DNA of 63,999 nt, filler included, from Jimgerdemannia flammicorona (lineage: Eukaryota), in the NCBI GenBank assembly GCA_003990765.1. It is 3 parts of 3 records of this genome, joined end to end, with 100 filler letters (N's around TTAATTAATTAA, not from the genome) between each part and the next. Parts side by side here need not be neighbours in the genome. Positions count along the whole stretch, not along the records: positions 42,902 to 63,999 come from RBNJ01001534.1; 2 more parts are not named here. One strand, written 5' to 3'. Below, piece by piece: positions 49,224 to 61,279 of the stretch (positions are counted from its first letter, which is position 1; the number at the start of each line of letters is the position of its first letter). A program made the translations under genes and the position numbers. The notes under the pieces were generated by a model. It searched no databases and was not told the origin of the DNA. It saw only the letters and a list, made by a program, of their open reading frames with translations.

Positions 49224-52200
49224 ATGAACAGTACAACTAGGATATTCTCATTGAACGTTAATGGGTTATAGGGGGTAGCTAGGAGGAAGTATATATTTGG
49301 TTGGCTTAAGGGACTGGATGCAGATCTCTTCTTATTGCAGGATGTTCATTATAAGGCAGATGTAGACTTACAGGATTAGACTAAGGAATGGGGGGGCACA
49401 GCTGTTTGGAGGGAGAAAGTGTGTATTCTTATTCAGAAAGGGATGGGGGACATTGGGGACATTGGACATTGGGGGTCTTGGGTGGTGTGGGGAGTATGGA
49501 AGAGGCCTGGATGAGGCTCACTGATGGTTGGGTCTTGTTACTACTCAGCTGAGAGAGGGGAGAGGGTAGAATGGATTTGCAGATTGAAAGAGGCTGGTGT
49601 ATTGGGAGAAGTTGGGCTAGACTGTATGGGGGGTAACTTCAACATAGTACGGGATAAGGAGATGGACAGAACTGATGGAGGGAGAGGTGTACGAGGTGAA
49701 AGTGGTGGGTTGGGTGACTAGTTGGAGATGGAGAGATTGTGTTCTCTAGTGGACTTGGGAAGACATTTTTGGGCTAATTGGTGGGTGTACACCCACTGGG
49801 CGGCAGGGTTGGGCTCCAGGATTAACTGGGTTCTAACAGCAGAGTATTGGGGAGCCGATGTCTGGTTGGTGCTGAAAGTAGTATGGTGTCTATGGTCTGA
49901 TCACTAGGGGCTGATTAAAGAGGGGAGGTTTGGGGAAAATGAGGATGGGCCTGGACATTGGTGGCTAAATTCTTCCTTATTAGAGGATAGGGTGTTGTGG
50001 AAGGGTTGGGAAATGGAGGTGGTTGGAAATATTGGCAGGTGGCGGGAACAAGGCCTGGAGATTGGGGACCACTGGAGAAGACTAAAGGCGAATGCTCAGG
50101 GATATTAGAGGGAAGCAGGGAAAGGAAAGTGTTCCCAGTGAAGGCGGCGGGTGCTGTGGGCCTCATGGCATCTGGCAGCACTCATGGAGAGATGGGCAGG
50201 TGTGCTGGAGGATGGGGACAGGACTGATTGGCATATTGTGAGAATCCAGCAGGAGGTGGAGGAGCTCAAAGGGGTGCTACGAAGGGAGGAGGAGATGCAG
50301 TTGCAGGGAATGGTGGCCCGATTGTGGTGGCAGGGGCTTGAGGAGGGGGAGAGGCCTACTAGGTTCTTGTCACAGTTGTTATAGGTGCAATGAACGAGGC
50401 AGTGGTGGGAGGGAGTTTTGGACATGAATGGCAAGCTGGTGGTGGGGACTCTGATGATTCTGGGCCTATTGAGAACCTGGTGGGGGAATCTTTGGAGTGA
50501 GGAAGAAGGAGAATTGGATGCTCTGGACGTTGAAAGGCAGCTGGGAGATTGGCACCTGGACTCTGCAATGGGACTTGGGGCATTGGGGGACCCAGTGAGT
50601 GGCGAGGAAATTTGCAGGGTTATGGCCTCAATGAGTAAGGAGACAGCCCCGGGAGAGGATGGACTTCTCTGGGATTTTTGGCAGAAGATGACTGGGGTGG
50701 GTGAGGTGCTAGAGGAAATGACTACTATGTGTGATGGAGTTCTCCAGTCTGGTGCTTGGATTGGGGGACAGTGCTTGGGGCTAGTCTCCTTACTCTATAA
50801 GAACAAGGGGAGGCAAGAGGACTGGAAGAACTGGTGGCCAATTATGCTTCTCGACATGGACCACAAACTGGTGACAAAAATCTTGATGATGAGGCTGTAA
50901 GGAATCGCTCAGCAGGTGCTTGGTGTGGAGCAACATGGGTTTGTCAGTAGTTGGTTGATTCGGGATGGGACAGCCTGGGTTCATGGAGTGATTGAAGGTA
51001 CCCAGGCAACAGGGGTGAATGGCAGATTGGTGTTTCTGGACCAAGAGAAGGCTTATGATAGAGTATGGAGAATATGGCTGGAGGGAGTACTGAAGTAGAT
51101 TGGTATCCCCCCAGGGTTCTGAGGATCATTAATCAGCCTCTTGGGGGACAGTTAGATAGCATTGGTCATCAATGGCCACAGGGGGGTGACCTTTCCCCTG
51201 GAATATGGGATACCACAAGGGGATCCCTTGTCACCTATATTGTATGTCCTTTCCCTGGAGCCACTACTAGATAGAATTCAGTATAAGATTGGAGGTTTGG
51301 ACATTTTAGGGGTTAACTGGAAGGTGGGGGCCTTTGCCGATAATATGGTGGTTGGGCTGGGCTCCTTGGAGAATGTGAGAGAGTTACAGAGGACTGTGGA
51401 ATGGTATGAGCAGGGTTCTGGTGCTAAACTAAACTGGCACAAATGCAAGATACTGGTGCTGGGTGCTGGAATTGTTGGTGGTGATGTTATTGGGATGGTA
51501 GTACCAGCTGGTGAACCAGTGTATTACTTGGGGATCTACTTCTTGGTGTTCAGATCTCTTCTTCCCTGGGCATGGTGGGATAGTAAACTTCTGGAGTAGG
51601 GTAATGTTCTGCTGCAATGGAGAGGCTGACATATGTTCCTTGCTGGAAGGGTGATGGTGTTGAATGTATACTGGATGCTAAAGCTGTGGTATGTTGGATA
51701 TCATTTGGATTTCCCAACCTGGGTGGTCAAGGGATTGTTGAAGAAGGCGAGGTCATGAATCTGGGGAGGGCAGCGAAGCCAGGTTGGTTGGGAGGTGCTC
51801 ACACTGCCCTTGGAAAGAGGGGGGCTGGGCCTAGTGGACTTTACTAAGTGGCTTCTATGTCTGAGGGCCTGATGGCTGTGGAGGGTGAGTGAGCTCAGGG
51901 GTCGGGAGTGGGTACCACTCATGCAGAGATTGTGGGAGGTTTGGTACTCCCCATGTGGTGGCTCCGGTAACTTGCTTGCAATGGTGGCCATGGAAGAGAG
52001 CAGGAGGATGAGGTTTATGGGCTTTTGGTGGGGGGCAGTGGATAGCGCTAAGAAAATTGGACTTCGGTGGTGAGGTGATAAAGCCAAGGAGGTTTGGGGA
52101 CTGTGAATGTGGCAGTGGGACAGGCTTCTGTTGGGTGGTGTTCCGGTGGAGAACTTTCAGCTTGGTGAGAGTCTGGAGTATCTGTGAGGCCTAGGTGGGG

Positions 52201-52920
52201 ATCTGTGGCCTGAAGTCTGGCAGAGGGTTGGAATTGGTGAGGAGTGGGATTGGAATGGACTCTGGCTTTGGAGCAAACAGGTGTGGCAGTGGCTGCCCCC
52301 CAAGTTCTGGGTGGTGTGGTGGCAGGTCCTACAGCGGAATGTGATGTTGAACTATTGGTCTGGATACTTGGTGAATGGTGGAGTTTTCGAGTACAAGGAT
52401 TGTTTCAATATTGGTCAGGAGGGAGAATTGATACAAATGCCTGAACATTGGCTTGGTGAATGTGAGGTTTTGGAGAAGTTTTGGAGATGTATTATGGACC
52501 AGGTAGGGCTGGGTGCCTTGGAGGGAGAGGGTGGGAGAAGATGGGGAGAGATTTGCTGGCAACTGGTGGGTAGGGTTGGAGATGAATGGCTGACCCTTGG
52601 TTGGGCTTTGGCTATATAGGTTGGGTTGGCTGGGCATTGGGTTCATGTCTTTGAGAAAGGACATTGGGTCAGGGTTGGTGACAAGGTGGCCCATTGGGAG
52701 TAGTTGCTGTTGGACATTTTGAATAGCTGGTAGCAAGGTTGGGAGATGGGTGGGGGGAACCGCAGGAGTCTGGTGCAGTGTATCTCTCAGAAGAGTGGTG
52801 GGAGGATTTGGGTAGTGGGTAATTGGGTGGTACTCAGGTAGGGGGAGGTTGAGGGGGGGGGGTTGGGCCCCCGGGGCATTAGTTGAGGGTGGGAGTGACA
52901 TTGTATTGTTAATACTATAG
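49224..52920 (+). pseudogene. LINE ORF2 (APE endonuclease, RT, C-terminal Cys/His motif)
   Basis: MNSTTRIFSLNVNGL...DLFLLQDVH, GGNFN, WSDH, PIMLLDMDHKLV, LDQEKAYDRV, PQGDPLSP, FADN, YYLGIY, GGLGLVD, EHWLGEC; many stops. Confidence 0.92.
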
Positions 52921-52950
52921 ACTTCGGTAATAAAGGACAGTCTAAGAGAC

Positions 52951-52984
<34 letters not shown>

Positions 52985-53129
52985 CTCTTCTCTTCTCCTT
53001 CATATAAAATCTAGAATCTATTATACTTATATAGTTATATATCTACTATATTATAACTTGGTACCTATTGGCTGGTAATTTAAGATAAATCCTTACTTTT
53101 AAGCTAAAAAATAAATAACTACTACTATC

Positions 53130-55130
53130 TAATTTTGAAGATATACAGATTACTATATAGACTATCATATATGGCATTCATCTCTATACTATGTATCTAC
53201 TATTAATTAATTGTTTCAGTTATCAGCCTTGTTTCTATAAACTATTAATATTAAACAATAGATGTCTGGAAAAACACATCATTGAGTTAATAGCCAGGTT
53301 GCTTCTTAGTTGAGAGATAATATTATAAGAATTAATCACTAAATATACTAAACAAACCACTATATAAATAGACCACTGTATGGATATCCAAAGAAAACAA
53401 CATATATATAGACTATTGTATAGACTATTACTACCTAATTTTGAAGAAGATAAATGGACCACTATATGGATACTTAAAGAAAATAATATATAGATTACTA
53501 TATATATATCAAAAGAAAATAACAAATAGACTGCTATATGGACCACTACCTAAAGAAGATAAATAAACCACTATATAGACCATCACTCAATTTTTGAAGA
53601 TATTGTTCATCTCTATATCATCTGCTATTAATTAGTTATTCTGATTATTAGCCTTGTTTCTGTGAACTGTCAGTATTGAATAATAGATACTCTGCAAAGG
53701 ACTATATTATTGAGTTAATAACCAGATTGCTCCTTAGTTTGAAGAACAATATTATAAGAATTAATTGCTGAAAAATGCTGAAAAAACTACTATACAAATA
53801 AACTACTATATAGACCACTATCTAAAGAAGACAAATAAACTACTGTATAGACTATTATACAATTTTTGAAGATATTGTTTATCTCTATACTATCTACTAT
53901 TAATTAGTTATTCTAGTTGTCAGCCTTATTTCTGTAAACCATTAGTATTGAACAATAGATGCTCTGCAAAGGACTGTATTATTGAGTTAATAGCCAGATC
54001 ACTCCTTAGTTCAAGAGACAATATTACAAAATTAATCATCAAAAAAATAAAATGAACCACTATATAAATAGACTGCTATATAGACTATTGCTATCTAACT
54101 TTTGAAGATAAGAATGCTGCCTGTTGTATACCAAACTACTCTACTTTTGACTATAGAATTAAAAGACATCATATATAAACTGTTATAAATAGACTACTAT
54201 GAAGAATAAAAGATACTATCATCTAACTTTTAATGATATATGAACTATCACTCAAGTTAATTATTTGAAGAATACTGTCTATCATATACTGAACTGCTCT
54301 ATTTTTGATTATAGAATTAAAAATATTATATACAAACTACCTGAGATAATATATGAATAGACTGTTATAGAGAATAAAAGATGCTATCATCTAACTTTTG
54401 ATGACATATGAACTATCATCTAAGTTAATTATTTGAAGAATGTCACCCAACTTTTGAAAATAAAAATACTGCTCATCATATACCAAACTGCTCTACTTTT
54501 AACTGTAGAATTAAAAGACATTATATATAAACTATCTGAGATGATATACAAATAAACTACTATGGAGAATTAAAAATATCATATTAAACTATCTGAGACA
54601 ACATACATATGAATAGACTATCATAGAGAATTAAAAACATTATATACAAACTACCCAAGATGTCATATAAATAGACTGTTATAGAAAATTAAAAACATTA
54701 TATATAAACTATCTAAGATAATATACAAATAGACTACTATAGAGAATTAAAAATGTTATATATAAACTGTCTGAGTAAAAAATGCTATCTGACTTTTGAA
54801 GATACTGTCATCTGACTTTTGATAATATATATACAAATAGACTATCATGAAGAATAGAATATATAAACTGTCATCTAACTTTTAATGATATATAAATACC
54901 TTCTGACATATAAATGCTATCCTACTTTTGAAGATACAAACTACTGCCCAATATATAAACAGACCAATGCTATTATCTGACTTTTGAAGATAAACTACTA
55001 TCTGATTTTTGAACTTGATTTTGAAGATATCATCATCTAACTTTTGATGACATATATACTACTACATATCTAAACTAATTATTTGAAGACTTTTTGGGAT
55101 CTCAAAAAATATTCTGACAATTGCTTAGAT
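53130..55130 (+). repeat. Degenerate hierarchical tandem-repeat array (internal region of element D)
   Basis: ~60-bp units (actatctgagatgatatacaaatagactactatagagaattaaaaa...) at 54530-54770; ~260-bp units at 53170-54100; recurrent ctaacttttgaagata motif. Confidence 0.75.
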
Positions 55131-55674
55131 ATATTATAAATATGTCCATTATAACGTAATGGATGCTTACTCTTGAAAGTATGTCAGATTTCTGTATCTT
55201 GAAAACTTGACCATTCTGACTCTCGCAGAGTCTCTTGAAGTTGTAGGGGAGGGTGGGTGAGTTTGAAGTGTATCTGCCTGCAGGCTTACTAGTCCTTTGC
55301 TATCTCTTTGCTTTGAACTATTTTGATCTGAGGTTTATTCACTCAAAGATACTGGGTTATTTATACAAGTTTGCTAGCTATGAGAGGATAGCTGAGTAAT
55401 AAATGAGTCATTTGGACTTTGTCAAAACATTTGAACAATGTCTAAATACTATACTAAATCGGGATATTTGATTTGGATAATGTCTAAAAGTTTAGACAAT
55501 GTCTAAGAATTTAGACAATGTCAAAATCGAGGACTGCTAACTATAAGGCTATACTACTTTGAGACTGAGTACGATCAAGTGTCTATTCTCTATTTCCTTC
55601 TTCCAAATTTGGCTGTACCATCACAACTTCCTCCTGAATAGATGGTCTCATCCCTGAGGCATCTATTTAAACTC

Positions 55675-56124
55675 TCAGGCTTCAACCATCTGTATGGTCT
55701 TGTACTGTGCAATTTGCTGTATGACTGTTTCCTAATGATGTCTTCTCACTTTCTTGAAGTCGGTGGGGGTTACTCCTCTCAGGTGGTCTATTGCTGGTTT
55801 ATCTTCTCAGAATAACTTATGGATCCTTTTGGCAATAGTGATCTGTGAGTGGGAGAGTTGGCACTTGGCAATCCAGTCCTCTTTGGTCTTTGCTGGATCC
55901 TGATTGAGCACCTGTCCAAGCTTGAAGTACTCTTGGAATTCTACCCGATATTGATAGGCTCTAAAGTGCGAGATCTGAGAGAGATGAGTCTGTACAATAC
56001 TCTGAATATCCTCATAGTATGCCTCTATGGTCAGAGGCTCAGTGGTGTGCTATTGTCTTTTGATGGCTCTTTGGGTAGCACTAGTGATCTTGAGTGCCAT
56101 CACAGTACTTTTGTTACTGGCCAT
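55675..56124 (-). pseudogene. Family C extra ORF3 (~150 aa) downstream of integrase, unknown function
   Basis: ATG 56124 overlaps the integrase stop; MASNKSTVMALKITSATQRAIKRQ*HTTEPLTIEAYYEDIQ...EYFKLGQVL...LSHSQITIAKRIHKLF*EDKPAIDHLRGVTPTDF...; three internal stops; end uncertain; aligns with the family A LTR protein. Confidence 0.72.
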
Positions 56125-57307
56125 GATATTTCTTGAGTCAGTTTCGGTGAATGGTGGTGGGGATTATTGTGCCTGAGGGTTTTCGTAGCCAAAAGGTGGT
56201 CTCTTTTATATCTTGTACAAGGTAAGGTCCTTCCTACTTGGGCTCTAGTTTTTGTGACCATGAAGCTTCTACCATATTCCGATACATTAAGACCTTGTCT
56301 CCTATCTTGATAATCTCCAAGGGCTTGTGGGTCTTTTCCACATTCCTCCATTGTAGTGTCTGTGCCTTGGTTATGTAATCCTCAGCCTTCTTTCTGATTT
56401 GGTGTAGTCTCCATATTTCTATGTCCACATGTTTCCATACAGCATCTCCATTGGATAATAGAGTTTCTTGAGAACATTCTTCTTCAAACAGCATTTCTCG
56501 AGGGGTAAAGTGGGTGCTTTGTGATCGGATATCCTGGAGAGCAGATAATGCTATTGGCAGATAGTGATCCCAGTTCTCGTAGTTATCACAGATCTTGACG
56601 ATAATATTCTTGAGGGTTTTGTTGGTCCTTTTTACTTGTCCATTTCCTTGGAGGTGATAGGCTGTGGTCCGAATGTGCTGGATCTTGTACTTCTTGTAGA
56701 GAACCTCAAAGAGCTGGTTCATGAATTCTGTTCCTCTATCTGTAGTTACTTGTATTGGGGTCTTGAACCAGCAGATGATTTCCTTGTGGAAGAAATTGGC
56801 GATTGACTGTGCATTGGCTTCCTTGAGGGGTTCTGCTTCTATCCACTTCATAAAAAGGTCTATGATGACAATAATATATCGGTTACCAGTCAGGGTCAAG
56901 GGTAGAGGGCCAATTACATCTATTGCTATATGGGCAAATGGTACTGGTTCTATGTGTGCTGATTCTGGGGCCTGATTCCATTGGTCTTGTTTCTGTTTCT
57001 GGCATTTGTCACATGTTTTGACAAATTGTCTGATATCTTCCTCCATCCCTGGCCACCATATTGTTCTTCTTGTCTTGTCATATGTATTCATTCCTCCTAG
57101 ATGGCCAAGTTCATGTACTGATTTCATTACTTACTCCTTCTTGTATTCTGGTATGACCAGTAGTTTTCCTTTCTTCAGTATTTCTCCATCAGTTTCGAAT
57201 TATTTCCATGTCCTATTGATAATTATTTGTGTCTATTCTTCCAGATGTTGGGGCATCTTTTGCTGTCCCAGGTATGTAATAATTCCATAGTAGAGCTCCT
57301 TATTCAT
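56114..57307 (-). pseudogene. Family C integrase (HHCC, DDE, GPY), apparently with its own ATG
   Basis: MNKELYYGIITYL... is in frame with track ORF 56234..57127 (HELGHLG...CDKC, IAIDVIGP, TDRGTEF, EGPY); stop at 56114. Confidence 0.88.
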
Positions 57308-60300
57308 AATTGATTTGTTGGTTGGAGGTAGTTTGAGGTGTCTGTGAGAGAGCATCTGCATTGAAATTTGTTCTTCCAGGGTGGTGTACAATGGTTACAT
57401 CATAGGCTTGTAACTTCATTATCTATCTGGTATAGATTCCCTTGGGTTGTTCAGTTGTCAGTAGCCAGGTGAGAGCTGAGTGGTCCATCTGGATGGTGAA
57501 GTATCTTCCAGCCAGATAGTAGTGGAACTTTTCCACAGCCCAGATGACTGCAAGGCATTCCAACTTGTAAGACTTGTATTCTTTTTCAGCCCCTCAGGTT
57601 CCGTGGCTAAGATATGTAATGATATACTCTTTTTTGTCTTCTTTTTGAGCTAGGACTGCTCCTAGTCCTTGTGCACTTACATCTGTCTGAAGGATAAATT
57701 CTTGGGTCCAATTGGGTCATCTGAGAATGGGTGCCTGAGTTAGTCTGATCTTGAGTTCATCAAATGCTTTTTGTTGTCTGCCAGTCCACTGGAACTTGGT
57801 ATCCTTCTTGTTGAGTTCATAGATTGGACCTGTGATGTTGGAGAATCCTCTAATGAATCTGTAATAGTAGGAGGCAAGTCCTATGAAGGCTTGGGCTTCT
57901 GTGACAGTAGTGGGCCTTGGGTATGCTACTACCACTTGTATTTTGAGGGGGTCTGTGTGTGTTCCATCTCAATTGATAATATGGCCAAGATAGGAGATCT
58001 CGATTTCTGCAAACTTGCACTTCTTGGGTTTGATATAAAGGCCATGTTGTCTTAGTCTCTCCATTATCTGCTGTATGTGCTACAGATGTTCCTCAGGTGT
58101 CTTACTGTAGATGATTACATCATTGACATAGACCATCATCCATCTTCCCATATCATAGTGGAAGATTTTGTTCATCATTCGCTGAAAGCTTGCTGGTGCA
58201 TTGCACATTCTGAATGGCATTCATAGGTAGATGTAGGTTCCATCTGGGGTGATGAAGGCTGACTTTTCACTTACCACCTCTGTGAGTCCGATTTGGTGAA
58301 ATCCTGAGTATAAGTCCAAGGTACTGTAGTACTCTGCTTCATCTCCCAGTGTTATAAGAATGTCACTGATGAGCAGCAGTAGTTGGCGATCCTTCTTAGT
58401 AACTGCATTAAGCTTTCTGTAGTCAATACAGAGCTTTGGGGCAAATTCTCCAGATTTGCTTCCTTTTTTTGGGGCTAATACAACTAGTGAAGACCAGGGG
58501 CTACTGGCTTCTTTGATGATGCCGGCTTCTTCCATCTGCTTGATTTCTTCTCTGAGCCATTCTTGGTAAGCTGGCGGGACAGGTCTTGCTTTCTGATAAA
58601 TTGGTTTGGTCTCCAGTATCTACCTCATGATAGTAGTGTGGGGTCTTTTCCTTGATATTCTTGAAATCTGTGGCAAGGACATCCTCAAATTTGTGAAGTA
58701 TTTTCTTGAGTTCCTCCTTGAGTGGAAATTCATCTCCAATGGTGTAACTGTGCTTGCTCATGTTTTCCTCCTTCTTATGCTTGAGTTTGGTGATCTTGGT
58801 GCTAGTGAATACTCCTCTTCCTATGGATCTGAATCCTTTCTTTCCTCTTTTCATTTCCTCCAGATTCTTGACTTCTATGATCCTTGGCTGTATGATTGGG
58901 AAGATCAACATCTGTGCCAATCAGTCCTTCTTCTTGACTGAGAATGGAATTGTAGGATTGTGGTTCCTAGCAATGAGTAGAATTTCTCCAATATAGTCTG
59001 AATCAATGACTCCTCCTTCGATTGTGATTTCACTTCTAGCCAGGCTGCTTCTTGTTTTGAGAATCCTGACATGATCCTTTGGGATAGTCATCTCTAGTCC
59101 AGTTGCGAGTAGAGTGGTTGTCTGAGATTTGAGTACAGTTTCTTCTACTGTAGCGATGTCCATTCTGGCTACATTTTCTGACTTGTATTCTGGCAAGACT
59201 GCATCAGGGTCAATCTTTCGAATCTTGATCTTGATTTCTTCTTCATCATCACTGTCCTCCAGGAGGGCTGGTGGTTCATTGTCTTCCTCCTTCTCTTCTT
59301 CTCTGATCTGTTTTTCGAGAGCTTTCTGCCTTCTTTCCTGGTAGATCTTCTTGGTTCCGATGGTGCACTGGTAGCAATCATTGATATACTCCATACAGTA
59401 CATCTTGATTCTATGAGGACAGACTCCTTGTGGGGCATAGCCTTCTGTGATCTTCTTATACCATTCTTCCTCACTCATCCATCCAACTTTCTTCTTCTTT
59501 GGGGTAGTCACCATATAAGCTTCCTCTTGCTCACTCTCTTCTTCCTCCATATTGGGCAGGACTCCTTTGTTGACATTGATGGGAATTCGTATCTTCTGTC
59601 CCCAGTAGGTGATCTGCATCTTCTGAGCATTGAGATCAATTACCACCTTGGCTTTGTGAAGCCATTGATTGCTGATGAGGATATCATAGTTGGTGGTATT
59701 GGTTACGATTATATCTACTGGGATTGTTGCTCCTCCAATCTTGATGGGAACATCTCGGATCTTTCCCAGAGGTGTGACTCTTGTGCCATCAGCTGTGACA
59801 AATACTAGCTTAGTTGCTTCTTCCACATCCCAACCTAGACAGTCTGCTGCCTTCTTACTGAGGAGACATCCTCCTGCTCCCATATCAATGATGGCTTCAA
59901 AGGTTCTATCTTCGATTTGGTATGTTGCATAAGCAGAGGTTTTGCAATTATCCTCACTTTCTTCTCCTGAGTCCTCTTGAACATTATTGGCCTCAGTTAT
60001 CTTCCATCCTTGTTCCTTGGTTGTTTCGGCAAGTCCAAACCTCATTTGCTGTCTGAATGTTGGGATTTCTGCGAACTGATCAAAGGTTGTATTGACCTTT
60101 TGTTGACTGAGATCCTTGAAGATATCATACTTAAAGGTCTTGGTCTTGCAAAGCTTCTTTTCTTTTTCTCCTTCACTGGCTAGAGTAGTTCCTCAGATGA
60201 TATCTTGAACTGCTTGCTCCAGCTTGATATCTTGGCCCATCTCTTTAGCTTGCAGTTTCCATCCGCTTTTTCACTGGGTTCTTCTTGAGTCTTCCTGGCA

Positions 60301-61279
60301 GTCTCTTGTAGAGTTCTTTGCAAGCATCCTTCTTGGTGGTCTGAGCAGGATAAGCCTTCCATTCCTCTTCATCAGATTCTCTGATTTCTTCAAAGGTGAT
60401 TGTATTGGCCTGCTCCTTGTTTTGTGTGGCATTGCTTGGTTGAGCCTTGCATTTGGTTTCACTCATACATTCATAGGAGTAGTGGTCTTCTTCTCCACAG
60501 CTATAGTAGGTACCTTTCTTCTTGTCTGAGGTGGTGGCAAACTTCTGAACAGGGCAGCGATCTCTTCCTCGGATTTTCTTTACCATATCTCCCAGGTGGG
60601 CAGTCATTTTAGCAAATCTTTTGACGAGTTCCTCCATAGGGTCACTGTTCTTTTGCTGCTCTGTAGCTTTTGGCTGAGGTGTGTTTCAATTAATCATCAT
60701 GGTGGGAATCATACTGGTTGCCTTGAGTGCCTCAATTCTGACTCCTGTAACTCTCTCCATTGTATGGTCTTGTGGGTGTCTGGCTATCCAGTATCGCTGA
60801 GCATAGGTGACCTTCTGTGGCAGATCCAGAATCACTAGTGATGAGCAGATGGCTATGGCTATTTCTGGATGGACTCCTTTCATAAAGGTTGCTTCAGCTA
60901 CTTGATCTCGGATAGCAGCAGCATAATCTGCAAGAATTATCTGATATCGAATTCTGGTATAGAATGTATTTGAATTCTCGCTCATTCCTTGGTATGTTGT
61001 GTTGAGCTAATCCTTCAGGGCTTGCTTGATCTCATCTGTGTAATATGTATTTCAGAGCCAGGTCTTCTGTGCTATCAGTATGGCATCAGCATCATTTCCT
61101 GCATAGGTTGCAGCTATGAATGCTGCTCTGGCAGGGCCTCATAGGCTGAAGGGCATGAGGGCTACTTGCTGTGCTGCTGTCAGAGTCCTTACAGCAGCAT
61201 ACTGCTCGAAATCATCAATGAAGGTAATGATTGATTCATCTGAGGTATATCCATAGAATACTGGCAGTCTCATATCCAT
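57300..61279 (-). pseudogene. Family C gag-ZnK / protease-dUTPase-RT-RNase H
   Basis: YYSCGEEDHYSYEC knuckle, AIIDMGA (DTG decayed), RSSLARSEITIEGGVIDSDYIGE, LCIDYRKLN, YVND, AFIGLASYY, NADALS. Confidence 0.92.

Larger units (their letters stand above)
47209..52978 (+). mobile_element. Full-length L1a-subfamily LINE with (TA)n tail
   Basis: TSD tatatactcttctcttc at 47192-47208 and about 52979-52995; the homologous empty site is visible in the partner LTR near 62310-62345; ORF1 and ORF2 present. Confidence 0.95.

Noticed and set aside
53130..55130. CRISPR-like array
   Set aside because: Units are degenerate tandem repeats without unique spacers, there are no cas genes, and the context is eukaryotic.
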